Shown piece after piece: positions 43,118 through 53,254 of a stretch of DNA of 64,000 bases. This stretch comes from a virus. Location: positions 64,001 to 128,000 of the IMG/VR virus record IMGVR_UViG_3300036766_001793. The stretch is one strand, 5' to 3'. A program made the translations under genes and the position numbers. How positions within the stretch are numbered: the stretch's first letter is position 1; every line of letters starts with the position of its first letter. The notes under the pieces were generated by a model. That model worked only from the letters and a program-made list of their open reading frames with translations, had not been told where the DNA came from and did not search any database.

Positions 43118-43555
43118 TCAGTGTTTCCCCAGCCGCTCGAGGAATGAGATGAAGCGCCCGTTGGTCAGGGCCCCGGGCCTCCTGGACCTCATGTACCTGA
43201 TGAGCTCCGGCCCGGATCTGCCCGTCAGCTTGTGGACGGCCATCGCGTTGACGAGGGAGGACCTGTTCAGGCCGGCCGCGCAGTGGACCAGCACGCGCCC
43301 GCCGGACGACACGGCGGAGCACACCCTGGAGACCACCTCGTCGAGGTCCTCGCGGTCCGGGAGTGGCCCGTCCTCTATCTGCCACCTGAGCTCTGTGAAC
43401 GGCCCGCGGCCGCCGCCGCCGGAGAACGGTGGGTCCCCGTTGAGGTTCACCACGTAGTCTATGCCGAGGTCGAGGACCTCGCCCTCGCCCTCCCGGCCCT
43501 GGACAGACCCGGACTGCCAGAGCCTGCCGGGGATGATCTCATAGAGCTCGGTCAT
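43118..43555 (-). CDS. Dual-specificity (PTP-fold) phosphatase
   Basis: VLVHCAAGLNRS (HCx5R) and IEDGPLP. Confidence 0.9.
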   Translation of the reverse strand: MTELYEIIPGRLWQSGSVQGREGEGEVLDLGIDYVVNLNGDPPFSGGGGRGPFTELRWQIEDGPLPDREDLDEVVSRVCSAVSSGGRVLVHCAAGLNRSSLVNAMAVHKLTGRSGPELIRYMRSRRPGALTNGRFISFLERLGKH

Positions 43556-44550
43556 CCGGCCGCCCGCCGGGAGCTGACGGCCGCGACGACCGCCGCCGGG
43601 AAGACCCCCTTGGCCAGAAGGCCGCTGACGAGTATGGCCTCGTCGTGTGAGTAGCTCTTCTGCGAGAGGAGCGGGTCCACCTCGATGTCGATCTCTTGGT
43701 CGCCGAACAGGTCCGCCATCGGGTCGCTCTTCATGGCCTCCACGATGACGTGGTCGTCCTCCGCGGTCACGTCCAGGTCAGAAGCCCCGAGGGCCCTCTC
43801 CACGAGCCTGGTCGCCTTCTCCGCCTCTCCGTCGCTCCTGCCGCGCCCGTAGACCTCGAAGCAATCGTCTCGTGCGCTGATCTCGTACCCCGCGGTGGAC
43901 CTGCCGTCCGCGAGCTTCCTGGCCTGCGGGATCTTGGCGGCGGAAAGGATTTCCCTGATCCTGGCAATGGTGCTCTCGAATGGCTCCTCGACGTCCACCG
44001 TCTGGGAGGTCCTCGGGGTTGGCTTGACCTCTCTGGTGGGGTTGGAGCTGGGCTGCTCGGCGACCACCGCCATCGACCCCGCCCCGCGCTTCGCTCCGGC
44101 CTCCTGGGCGGCCTTCCCGCGGGTGGGAACCTCGAAGAACCTGCCGCCGCGTGGGCCCTCCTGGACGAACACAGACGGCGGGGCCTCCTCCCCCTCGCGC
44201 AGGTACTGGCGCTCCTTCGGGAGCGGGGACCTCTCCCCGGAATCGGTCTCTTTGACGGCGAAGTACTCCTGCTTCGTCTTCTGCCTGGTGAGTGCCGTCG
44301 GATCATGCTCCGGGCCGCCGCGGCGCCCTTGCGCCTTGGCCACGAACCTGGATACCTCCGCCGCCAGATCGACTAGGCTATTGGCATAGCTGTTGGTCAT
44401 CTTGGACTCCCTATCTGACTCCTCGAAGGACTTCCCCTGGTAGCCGTGGGCGTACGCAGCCCTGGCCTGGCGCTGGGCGCCAGCCTCGCTGGGGTACACG
44501 TGTCCGTGCTCGCCCCACTTGTAGCCGCCCTTGACCTTGTGAACTGGCAC
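43552..44550 (-). CDS. Modular putative internal head protein with GPRGG motif
   Basis: MPVHKVKGGYKWG...RQARAAYAHGY N-terminal module; RQYLREGEEAPPSVFVQEGPRGGRFF; leaderless TAGGAT. Confidence 0.6.
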   Translation of the reverse strand: MPVHKVKGGYKWGEHGHVYPSEAGAQRQARAAYAHGYQGKSFEESDRESKMTNSYANSLVDLAAEVSRFVAKAQGRRGGPEHDPTALTRQKTKQEYFAVKETDSGERSPLPKERQYLREGEEAPPSVFVQEGPRGGRFFEVPTRGKAAQEAGAKRGAGSMAVVAEQPSSNPTREVKPTPRTSQTVDVEEPFESTIARIREILSAAKIPQARKLADGRSTAGYEISARDDCFEVYGRGRSDGEAEKATRLVERALGASDLDVTAEDDHVIVEAMKSDPMADLFGDQEIDIEVDPLLSQKSYSHDEAILVSGLLAKGVFPAAVVAAVSSRRAAG

Positions 44551-44559
44551 CGTTCTATC

Positions 44560-45558
44560 CTACGCCAGCGCCGGCCTGCCACCAAACCTGCGGGACACCG
44601 AGGTGGCCAGGTCCATCGCGTCCTCCAGCTCTGACTGCGGCGACGGGCCCTCCCGCCTGATGCGCTCCGCCACCAGCCTCACGGTCCCCTCCCATTCCTT
44701 CCGCTGTCCGTGGAGGGTCATGGATCCGCCCTGCGAGAACCAGAGCCGGTCATATTCCTCGGGGTGGTAGGTCTCCATCCAGCTCTCGTAGAACTGGGCC
44801 GGCACCCACCTGTGTACCTGCTCGCGGCACTCGAGCTCGGCCCTGTCGGCTTCCTTCATCTTCTGGTAGGTTCGCCCACCGAGGCCCCAGTGGTCCCAGG
44901 GGAAGTCCATCCACTTGCCTCCGCCGGCTGGCTCCCACCCGTCCTTGAAGACGAGCTCCCTGGAATCGAGGTCATCGAGGATGGCCATTCCGTACTGGCC
45001 GTCGCTGAACTCGGCGACTGCGGCCACGTCCCTGCTCAGGTATCTCTGGACAGCCGCTCTCTGCCTGTCCCTCATGCCCCTGACGAACGGCGCGTACCGG
45101 CCGTCGTCCCGCCCCATCGCCTTGCCGGCGGCCTTAGCGACCTTCCCGCCGCCTCTGACGGCTATCGGCCTGGCTTCGAGCTCCATGAGCTCCCCCGCCG
45201 ACAGGTCGCGCGGTCTCGGTTCCCTCCTGAGCTCGAGCTTGGCCCTCGCCCTCGCCGCCTTCCGCCGCCCCGCAGTCCACTCCCTGTGGGCGTCGCTGCC
45301 GTCGGGAACGAAGAAGCGCCCACCGCGCTGGCCGGTCTGGACGTCCGCCCCCTGTGGGCCCTCCTCACCCTCGCGGAGGTACGTGCGGCGGCCGTCCTCT
45401 GGCGCCGCCTTCTCCTCCAGGGTGGCGCCCTCACGGATCTCCCTGATGGCCGCCACCATGTCAGAGTCGTCATTGAGGTCGTATTCGGAGTCGTCGGAAG
45501 CCCACGGCACGACCCCCCTGGGAAGCTGGATCGGGACCGGTCGGTCAGGCATCGCCAC
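44560..45558 (-). CDS. GPRGG-motif protein
   Basis: EEKAAP...RTYLREGEEGPQGADVQTGQRGGRFF. Confidence 0.6.
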   Translation of the reverse strand: MAMPDRPVPIQLPRGVVPWASDDSEYDLNDDSDMVAAIREIREGATLEEKAAPEDGRRTYLREGEEGPQGADVQTGQRGGRFFVPDGSDAHREWTAGRRKAARARAKLELRREPRPRDLSAGELMELEARPIAVRGGGKVAKAAGKAMGRDDGRYAPFVRGMRDRQRAAVQRYLSRDVAAVAEFSDGQYGMAILDDLDSRELVFKDGWEPAGGGKWMDFPWDHWGLGGRTYQKMKEADRAELECREQVHRWVPAQFYESWMETYHPEEYDRLWFSQGGSMTLHGQRKEWEGTVRLVAERIRREGPSPQSELEDAMDLATSVSRRFGGRPALA

Positions 45559-47041
45559 CCCTTCCCCTCTCGTAGTACCTCTGCCCTATAGCGTACCCGG
45601 GGGACCCCTCCTCGAGGCTCTTGGCCCCGTCCCAGTCGTCGACGTAGTCGCTGAGGAGGAACGCCTTGCCGAGGTGCCCGCTCCCCTGCTTAGATTTGGT
45701 GCTCCAGGCGTGCTCCTTACCGTCGTCCAGGGCCGCAAAGTCCCATGCATGCTCCAGCCCGCCGTTCTCCCTCGAGAGCCTCTCGAACCTCGCGGCGTCT
45801 GAGTTGGCAAGCACCTGGCGCATCCCCTGCGACCCGAGAACCATCCTCTCGTCTCCCATCCTCACCACGTAGTGGTTTGGTCCCTCGATGCCGACGACCT
45901 CGCCATCGCCATGCTGGCTGTCAAACCTGGCGCCGACGGCTGGCTTGGTCGCGAGGTACCCCCTCAGCCGGCCCCTCATCTCCTCGGCCGCGCGGGAGCC
46001 TCTGAAGTCGTAGCCTTGGAGGGCCCACACGTATTTCCCCACGTCTATGTCGGCGTTCAGGTAGATGGAGGTGAGGCCGGCCGCCCTGTAGCTCTCCTCG
46101 GCCCTCTCGTTCAGCCTGGCGGCGAGCCCGCGGCCCTGGTGCTCGGAGGAGATCACGAAGGTGTCGTGCTCCACGGACCCGTCCGCGTTGAACGACCTCA
46201 GCATCGTGCCGACGTCCCTGCCAGTCTCCGGGTCGGTGATTGTGAACCGGACCTTCACGAACTCGTTCCCGCGCTCATCCACCTCGGCGCGGACTGAGAC
46301 CCCGGCCCCTCCATACAGCCTGGAGAAGTCCGCCGGGCTGCCGCGCTCTATCAGGTCCTCGAACCGCATGGAGGCCCTCGCCTGGATCTCGGCCCTGCCA
46401 GACTGGAGGGCGGAGCGGATCTGGTCCTCCGGGATCTCAGCGTCCCCGTCTGGGCCGCGAATCAGGGCCAAGCCCTCACGGACGTCGAGCACGTCGAACC
46501 GCTTCCCGCCGACGCTGATGGTCTCCCCGACGAGGTCGTTCCCGACGCCGTCGCCGTCGTCGTCCTCCATGGAGAGGCGGTCGTCGATCGAAGCCTCGTC
46601 CTCCACCGAGACCGCCCCGCTGCTGAGGTTCTTCACCTCGTACAGGCCGTTGCCTATGGCGCGCTGGACGCGGTAGACCTCCCCGCCGCCGACCCACTCA
46701 GCACCTGTGTAGTCGTCCCCCGGGTCGTCCTCCTCGTCTGGGGCCTGGGTGATCGTCCCCGCTGACGCCATGGCCACCACGTCCTCCCTGGGCACCCCGT
46801 CGTAGACCCTGCCGTCGTCCCTGAGCAGGACCCACGTGCCGTCGGCCGCCTCGTCCACGACCGTGAAGGACCTGCCGTTGGGGTCGTCCCACGCGAGGCC
46901 TGAAAGCCCTCCGGAGAGGCTGGTGGCCACCTCGCTGGTCTCGTAGTAGAGGCCTCCGCGCGGGCCCTCCTCCACCGTGGTGCCCGTGGGAGCCTCACCT
47001 GGGTCGTCCACGTATGTCTTTGGTTCGTCCAGATGCACCAT
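45545..47041 (-). CDS. GPRGG-motif protein with GNAT acetyltransferase-like domain
   Basis: KTYVDDPGEAPTGTTVEEGPRGGLYY at the N-terminus; HQGRGLA...IYLNADIDVGKYVWALQGYDF; probable start ATG 47041. Confidence 0.7.
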   Translation of the reverse strand: MVHLDEPKTYVDDPGEAPTGTTVEEGPRGGLYYETSEVATSLSGGLSGLAWDDPNGRSFTVVDEAADGTWVLLRDDGRVYDGVPREDVVAMASAGTITQAPDEEDDPGDDYTGAEWVGGGEVYRVQRAIGNGLYEVKNLSSGAVSVEDEASIDDRLSMEDDDGDGVGNDLVGETISVGGKRFDVLDVREGLALIRGPDGDAEIPEDQIRSALQSGRAEIQARASMRFEDLIERGSPADFSRLYGGAGVSVRAEVDERGNEFVKVRFTITDPETGRDVGTMLRSFNADGSVEHDTFVISSEHQGRGLAARLNERAEESYRAAGLTSIYLNADIDVGKYVWALQGYDFRGSRAAEEMRGRLRGYLATKPAVGARFDSQHGDGEVVGIEGPNHYVVRMGDERMVLGSQGMRQVLANSDAARFERLSRENGGLEHAWDFAALDDGKEHAWSTKSKQGSGHLGKAFLLSDYVDDWDGAKSLEEGSPGYAIGQRYYERGRGGDA

Positions 47042-47062
47042 CACATCATCCTGCCGAGGGCT

Positions 47063-47095
47063 AAAAAAGGGGGCCCCCACCGTGGCGGGGCCCCC
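47063..47095 (-). terminator. Intrinsic terminator
   Basis: GGGGGCCCC...GGGGCCCCC hairpin followed by U6 on the minus strand. Confidence 0.8.
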
Positions 47096-47116
47096 TCTGG
47101 TCTGAGGACCAGCCTA

Positions 47117-49771
47117 CTAGATCCGCTTGGACCGCGCGGTGCCGGCCACTGCCGCCAGGGCCAGGGCCAGAACGAACGTCAGGAGGACGAAGTCACCGAG
47201 GCCGACACCGCCGCCTCCAGCTTGCGGCGTCTGGCCGCCGTTGCCGGTGTTAGGGGCGATGGGGGTTGGCGGCGCGCCGACCGAGCGAGGGGTCGGAGGC
47301 GCCTGAGTCGGGGTCGCGTTGCCAGCCGGCGGCGGGATGGCCGTCGGCGGCGTTGCGGTCGCCGTCGGCGACGCCTGGGCAGGAGCGGTCGGGGTGACGG
47401 CCGGCCCGCAGCCGATCAAGCACCCTGGCTCGTTCTTGACGTTGGTGAAGAACAGCGTCTGGACGCCGTCCGGCGAGGCGAAGACCGCAGTCTGGACCGG
47501 GCTGAGGGCTGTCCACCCAGGCGCGCCCGCCTCGGCGACGGTGTAAACGCACCCGGCCACCAGGTCCATGGGGCCGAAGACGACGTTGCCGCCGACATCG
47601 GTGACCTTGGACCCGGAGGCCCCGCACCCGCTGATGGTGAACACCCAGCCCTGGCCGTTGAAGCTGCCTGCGCCGGATGTCTCCGTCTTGTGGGCGTTGA
47701 GCGTCACGAACGCCCGCCGGTGGGTATTGGTGACGGTCGCGGAGGCCGCGCCGCCAGATGTCACGCTGACGCTGACCCCGCTTCCGGACACGGTCCAGTC
47801 AGGGCCGGGGTCGCTCTCGGCCACCGCGTAGGTGCCCGGAAGGAGGCCGGTGAAGACGCGGACCTGGCCCGCGGTGTACTGGTCGCACTCGCTGAGCGAC
47901 GGCCCGCTGACGCAGATCCGGAAGCTCGCGCTCGGGCTCGCCGGCCAGTTTTGCCAGTTGACCGTCTTGCCCACCTGAAGGCTGCCCTTCGGCAGGTGGC
48001 AAGTGACGACGACGAACGCGTCGGCATGCTCGGACGACTCGCCGAAGTACACCGTGGCGGTGTTCTGACGAACCACCGAGCCGGTCAGGCTCTGCGGGTT
48101 GTACTCGATGCCCTCGCAGGTGCGGGCCACCTCGTACTGGAAAGTCCGGGTCCCGGAGACGCCGGTGTTCGGGCCGCCTGGGTTGCTGTCTGTGACCGCG
48201 GCGGTCGCGTTGATCTGCCTGCCGGCGACGAATTGAATCGGCGCCTGAGCCGACGCCGACTCGCCCTGGCCGAAGCCGACTGTGGCAACGTTCAGGAACT
48301 GGTCGGCGTTCCCCCTCGTCCCGATGAATGAGCAGACGACCTGGGCCGAGGGCGGGAGGTCGAACGGCACGCCGCCAGGGCACACTACGGTCGCGCCTGG
48401 GTCGGAGACCGAGGTCACGTGGACGTTGTACGTTGCGTTCGGGTTTGTGACCGTGATGGTCCCGTTGAACGCGAAGTTGGAGTTGGTGGGGCCGGTCCGC
48501 GTCACCGTGACGGTGTAGTGGCTCGAGCCGCTGCCGCCGACGCCGAGGTCCAGGGCCGCCTGGTCGACGGACTTGGAGATGCCCCAACCGTAGGTCTGGT
48601 CGTACGTGCCGCCACCGGACTTCTTGGAAACGGCGGGGGCCTTGAGCTGTTCCTGCGGGTCCTGGTTAGTCACTGTGCACGTGATGTCCCCGACGCCGGC
48701 GGGGACGGTGATCTGGTGGCCTGCGTTCGGCGCGAGGCCTGAGTCGCACGCGTACCCGACCAGCGTAAAGCCGGCCGGCCCTGTCTCTCCGAGTGTGTAG
48801 GTGCCACCGATGGCCGCGGCCACGGAAGTGCTCCCGGCGCCGCTGCCGGCCGGGGCCCCGGAGATGGACACCGTGAAGGCGCTGGCCGGAGAGGTGCCCA
48901 GGCTGTGGTCTCCGTGGGCCACGGCCTTGTTCAGGATGAGCTTTCGCGCCGGCGGTGTGGTCTTATTGTAGGCGCAGACGTGGAGGGTGCCCTGCCCGCT
49001 CCATCCGCCGGCGGGGACGTCGGCTGCGGCCGCGAACGGCCCGTTGAACGCGTCTCCGTGCTCGCACTGGCTATTGCCAGGGGCCGGGACGGTGAACCCA
49101 GTCAGCTGATACCCGGCCTTGGCCTGCTCAGTCACCCAGACTTCCTGGTTGGGGGAATCGAGGAGGCCGAGCTGGTGGCCGCTGCCGTAGGACTGGCCTA
49201 CGGCCGATCCGGTGCGCACATCGAAGGTGAACTGCTCCTGGCCGGCTCCTTGATTCTGCCAGTGGCCGCCGTCCCAGAGGTACTTGTGCACCTGGATCTT
49301 GCAGGGGTCGACGGTCACGCGGGCGGTGGCGTCGGAGTCCATGCCGTCGCCCTGGAGGCCGTCGCTGTCGTTTTGGACATCCTTCCTGATGATCCAGCCG
49401 CCGTGTCCGTCACTCTTGGCGTAGTAGAGCTCCGCGAGCACATCCACGTCTGCCGGAGCCGCGTACGTCTTCACGAAGACGTCGTTTGTGTCGACGGCGA
49501 TGAACGCCGGGCCGCCGCGCAAAGTGTACTGACCGTTCCCGTGGGGCCTGTCATAAAAGTACAGGATGCGCCCAGGGGAGTTGATCTGCACCCCGTTCAC
49601 GTGAGCAGTCCGGCTCCCGCAGGAGCCTGACACCGTGACGGTAGGGCGGTTGGCGAAGGCCGTCCCGAAGAACAGCAACGCCGCGACGGCCGCGAGGAGC
49701 ATCGCTCCGACGCCCCCGGCCACCAGGCCGGCCCGGCGCCGCGGCGACTTGCCGTGTAGGGCAAGCGTCAT
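47117..49771 (-). CDS. Secreted sortase-type surface protein with SpaA/prealbumin-like domains
   Basis: Signal peptide ending AFA; K...YxxxE...C.VTN repeats; Pro/Thr linker; APNTG then TM helix then RSKRI; AAAGAGG RBS before ATG 49771. Confidence 0.75.
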   Translation of the reverse strand: MTLALHGKSPRRRAGLVAGGVGAMLLAAVAALLFFGTAFANRPTVTVSGSCGSRTAHVNGVQINSPGRILYFYDRPHGNGQYTLRGGPAFIAVDTNDVFVKTYAAPADVDVLAELYYAKSDGHGGWIIRKDVQNDSDGLQGDGMDSDATARVTVDPCKIQVHKYLWDGGHWQNQGAGQEQFTFDVRTGSAVGQSYGSGHQLGLLDSPNQEVWVTEQAKAGYQLTGFTVPAPGNSQCEHGDAFNGPFAAAADVPAGGWSGQGTLHVCAYNKTTPPARKLILNKAVAHGDHSLGTSPASAFTVSISGAPAGSGAGSTSVAAAIGGTYTLGETGPAGFTLVGYACDSGLAPNAGHQITVPAGVGDITCTVTNQDPQEQLKAPAVSKKSGGGTYDQTYGWGISKSVDQAALDLGVGGSGSSHYTVTVTRTGPTNSNFAFNGTITVTNPNATYNVHVTSVSDPGATVVCPGGVPFDLPPSAQVVCSFIGTRGNADQFLNVATVGFGQGESASAQAPIQFVAGRQINATAAVTDSNPGGPNTGVSGTRTFQYEVARTCEGIEYNPQSLTGSVVRQNTATVYFGESSEHADAFVVVTCHLPKGSLQVGKTVNWQNWPASPSASFRICVSGPSLSECDQYTAGQVRVFTGLLPGTYAVAESDPGPDWTVSGSGVSVSVTSGGAASATVTNTHRRAFVTLNAHKTETSGAGSFNGQGWVFTISGCGASGSKVTDVGGNVVFGPMDLVAGCVYTVAEAGAPGWTALSPVQTAVFASPDGVQTLFFTNVKNEPGCLIGCGPAVTPTAPAQASPTATATPPTAIPPPAGNATPTQAPPTPRSVGAPPTPIAPNTGNGGQTPQAGGGGVGLGDFVLLTFVLALALAAVAGTARSKRI

Positions 49772-50044
49772 GTGTGGTACCTCTTTCCTTGTCTGTGCGC
49801 AGCCGGGCATCGCCCCGGCCCCTCGTCCCCGACGGGGGATTTGATGTCTCTATAGTACCGCGCTCAGCGCCTGCCGCGGGCCCGCCTGGACCGCCTGACC
49901 GCGTCGGAAAGCCGCGTGGACTGGGTGCCCCTCACCCTCACCGAGAAGGCGAGCCGGCTCCAGCCCGGGAGGAGCACGAGGTGCGTCCCGGTCCAGGTGG
50001 CGCTCAGCCCGAGCGAGGTAGCCACCCAGTCCGCCCTGGCCAGC

Positions 50045-50248
50045 CTACCGGCCAGCGTCCTCGACCGCCACGATGTCATACGGATGGGCTTGAAAATAGC
50101 CTAAACCCTCCCCCCAGAGGATGACCACATCGTCGCTGACGGCCTCCACCCTTGCCACGAGGAGCCTGGACATCCGCCCGTCCCCTCCCCTCGCCCAGAC
50201 GCAGTCCCCCGGGGCCACGTCCTTCGCCGCCACCACCGCGGCCGCCAT
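50045..50248 (-). CDS. Hypothetical protein
   Basis: Coupled by a TGATG overlap. Confidence 0.45.
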   Translation of the reverse strand: MAAAVVAAKDVAPGDCVWARGGDGRMSRLLVARVEAVSDDVVILWGEGLGYFQAHPYDIVAVEDAGR

Positions 50249-50577
50249 CAGGCGGCCGCCGCGACGCCGACGGCGACCGCGGCCATCACTGTGAGGTGCA
50301 GGGCCTGGTCAGCCCGATAGTCGATGATGTTCCTGACCTTGCCCAGATCGACGGCGAAGTGGCTGACCCCGACCAGCAGCGAGACGACGGCCCACGGGCC
50401 GCCGAGGACGGCCGCGGCCACGCCGGCCGAGCCTGCCTGCACGGCGGCGTGGGCCACGAGCGCCCAAGTCCCCTCGAAGGTTCTGAGGGCTGCGCGCTTG
50501 GCCTCGGCGAGGTACTGGCCCTGGAGCGGGTAGTCCGCCACGAAGTGGGAGAGGGCGAGCGCGAGCAGGAGTTCCAT
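50248..50577 (-). CDS. DUF3307-like membrane protein
   Basis: HFVADYPLQ...H...SHFAVD...DQALH; leaderless TACCAT. Confidence 0.75.
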   Translation of the reverse strand: MELLLALALSHFVADYPLQGQYLAEAKRAALRTFEGTWALVAHAAVQAGSAGVAAAVLGGPWAVVSLLVGVSHFAVDLGKVRNIIDYRADQALHLTVMAAVAVGVAAAA

Positions 50578-50604
50578 GCAACCATGGTACCGGGCGTCAG
50601 AAGA

Positions 50605-53187
50605 TCACTCGTGGTCCATGTATATGGGATACACCGCCTCGACGAGGCGCTTGCCGCTCGAGATGATGACGGTCTGGGTCGGCCTGGAGGCCTTCCCGTA
50701 GGCCCTCAGGTACCAGTTGCTCCCGCCGTCGAGGGTGCCGTTCTGGATGACCGGCACCCCGTTGACCTCGAGCATCGAGAACTCGTGCCTGTGCCCGAGG
50801 AGGAGCAGCTCGGGCCTCGCCCCGAAGATGTCCGCGAGCGTCCACTGGGGGAGCAGCTCCCGGATCTTGATCAAGGGACCATGCCACTGGTCCCCATGCA
50901 TCGCCACCACCTGATGGCCGCACACGCTGAACCTGGACCACCAGTTCTCCTCGATGTGCCAGTTGATGTTGTCCTGGAGCTGGGCCTTGTCCCTGGCCCA
51001 CATGCAGGCGAGCGAGTCGAAGTTGTCCTCCGGGTCGGCGAAGTCGTTCTTTCCGTTGGCCCTCCCGTGGTTCCCCGGGACGGAGTAGACGTCGACCCCC
51101 TTCACATACGAGGCCAAATCCATCGCGACCCCGGCCTGGAGGTCAGCGGTCACCATGATCTGCTTTGTGAGACGGTGGGAATTGCCAGACCGATCAAGCC
51201 CAGTTATATTTTGACCGGCATAGATGAAGCAGTTGTGTCCGACGAGCCCATTGGCTGTGTAATTCTCCAGACCTTCCACCGTCAGATTGTACACGGGTTC
51301 CGCCAGGCTGGACTTGCTAACCTCCAGCACCTTCGTATACCTGGTCCCAGCAAGGGGGGCAATCCAGCCCTTCAGGTCCGTCCTGTATTCTGGTCTCCTT
51401 CTCGGCTGTGTTCTCTGCCCTGCCGAGAATCTCTCCTGATACCTAGGGTCGTGCGACCCTATCTCGCAATTGAGGCTGGGGGCTCCGAGTGTGAGAGTAT
51501 AAAGGTCCCTCTCTATTATCCTTCCGGTGGGCAGCTTTGTCCTCCCTGGCCGGTAGTGCACCTCTGTAGCCACCAACCCTAGCCCGTCGCAAAGGTGCCG
51601 GATGTCCTCCATCAGCTGTCCGTTAACGGACCCGAACACTACGACGCCATCCTTTGTCACGTGTCCGTCCGAGTCGATGTACCCCCGGAGGAAGGCCGCC
51701 CTCAGGTCCCTCCTAAGCCCGAACACCCAGCCTGGCACCCGCTTCTCGCGGGCCCTGCCTCCAAGGCCGAGGTCCAGTATCATCTGGGCCGCCGCGGTTG
51801 ACCCGAAACGGGCCATTCCGTCAGACCAGGCTGAGAACTTCACCGGATCCCCGTTCGCCTTGAAGAAGACCTTCTCGGCACCCTCGAGATATCGGGCGAT
51901 CCACTGAACCGCATTCTCCGCGAAGGCGATGCACACCACGTTCGGTTTCCCATCCCTGCCGCGTCCGAGGCACCCGTCGCCAAGGTAGAGCCCCAGGAAT
52001 TCCATGAGCTCCACGGAAGCATCGGTCCCCAGCGGGGTAGCGGCGTTCCCGCCGTCCGAGAATCTTTCCACCATCGCCACCAGGTCGCCAGGTTGCACCT
52101 CTCCTGCGCGTACGTAATTCAGGGTTACCTCGTACCGGTGCCGGTTCCGATACGAAGACCCAGACACCTCTGTGCGGCGCATGACCAAGAAGGGATGCTC
52201 GCCGTTCGCCCTAACCGTCCTGTCCCTGGTCCTGATTGTGTAGAGTGGGTCAATTCCAGTCATGGCCGCCGCGGATACTATAGCCCTCTCAAATCCCTCC
52301 CGACCGAGGGCCCATACTTCATCACCAGCGATGAAACTCTCTATCGGCTTCGGACCGTCTGGCGTGTCCACCAAGGTGCCGGCTGGGAGGCAGCCTTCTA
52401 GCATGTCTCCGGCGAACACCAGGTGGGCCCTATCCACCGAGTAGCCGGAGTCCCGGTACTGCTTCACGATTTCGTAGGTGGCCGCCATGAGCCTCGGGAC
52501 GCGCTGCTCCACGACGGCCCTCACACCGATGCCATTCTCCATTTTGCCTACCTGCCAATCCGAGCACAGGACGATGACCTCCCGCGCCCCCTTCGGCTTG
52601 TCGACGTCCCCCGGTCCCGGTTGCCTTCGCTCCGGGAGCAGCCACCGATTCTCCGTCAGGACCTTATTCACCTGGTACCTGAGGAACTCGCGCTGCGAGG
52701 TGAGCTGCTGCACCTTGCGCTGGAGGCGGTTCTTTTGGCCGAACGCCCTCGCGGCCATCTCCGTGCCGCTGGCCTCCGGGTAGAGGGATCCCTCCTCTGC
52801 GAGGATCTCCTCCTTCGTCCAGAGGCGCTCCGACCGCCTGCAGTCTGGGTGGTGATACCAGTGGCCGTCGTTCACAGGGGTGAACCGCTCTATGCAGTCG
52901 CGGTTCATGCAGCGGCGCCTGACCGCGAAGGGAAGGCCCTCGCCGTCGTCATCCCAGAAGTCGCCCACTGGCGCCGAAGGTTCGGCAGCCTGGCGGACTT
53001 CTCCGCTTTTCCGGTAACGATCGGCCCGGAGGCCCCTCATGTTCATCCTCTTGGCGATGCTGTCGTACTTTACGACCCCGTCGAACCCGTGCCGGCGAAG
53101 GACCTCCTGGGCGGCCTTCCCGCCGCCCGACGGGTACACCAGGCTGATCTCCTCCCAGACGCCGTCCGGAATAAGGCTGCGAGCCAC
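50605..53187 (-). CDS. Calcineurin-like metallophosphoesterase with LAGLIDADG intein
   Basis: SDWQVG, GDMLEG|CF, PGNHG, HGDQ, GHRH motifs. Confidence 0.85.
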   Translation of the reverse strand: MARSLIPDGVWEEISLVYPSGGGKAAQEVLRRHGFDGVVKYDSIAKRMNMRGLRADRYRKSGEVRQAAEPSAPVGDFWDDDGEGLPFAVRRRCMNRDCIERFTPVNDGHWYHHPDCRRSERLWTKEEILAEEGSLYPEASGTEMAARAFGQKNRLQRKVQQLTSQREFLRYQVNKVLTENRWLLPERRQPGPGDVDKPKGAREVIVLCSDWQVGKMENGIGVRAVVEQRVPRLMAATYEIVKQYRDSGYSVDRAHLVFAGDMLEGCLPAGTLVDTPDGPKPIESFIAGDEVWALGREGFERAIVSAAAMTGIDPLYTIRTRDRTVRANGEHPFLVMRRTEVSGSSYRNRHRYEVTLNYVRAGEVQPGDLVAMVERFSDGGNAATPLGTDASVELMEFLGLYLGDGCLGRGRDGKPNVVCIAFAENAVQWIARYLEGAEKVFFKANGDPVKFSAWSDGMARFGSTAAAQMILDLGLGGRAREKRVPGWVFGLRRDLRAAFLRGYIDSDGHVTKDGVVVFGSVNGQLMEDIRHLCDGLGLVATEVHYRPGRTKLPTGRIIERDLYTLTLGAPSLNCEIGSHDPRYQERFSAGQRTQPRRRPEYRTDLKGWIAPLAGTRYTKVLEVSKSSLAEPVYNLTVEGLENYTANGLVGHNCFIYAGQNITGLDRSGNSHRLTKQIMVTADLQAGVAMDLASYVKGVDVYSVPGNHGRANGKNDFADPEDNFDSLACMWARDKAQLQDNINWHIEENWWSRFSVCGHQVVAMHGDQWHGPLIKIRELLPQWTLADIFGARPELLLLGHRHEFSMLEVNGVPVIQNGTLDGGSNWYLRAYGKASRPTQTVIISSGKRLVEAVYPIYMDHE
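51232..52392 (-). mobile_element. Intein 3 (387 aa) with LAGLIDADG endonuclease
   Basis: CLPAGT...ANGEHPF...LGLYLGDG...FLRGYIDSDG...VYNLTV...GHN|C. Confidence 0.9.
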
Positions 53188-53254
53188 ATAAGCCTCCTGT
53201 GGGGGTTGGGCGCAACCCCCTCGGTCTCTAACGGCAGGGTGCAGGGGTTACCTG

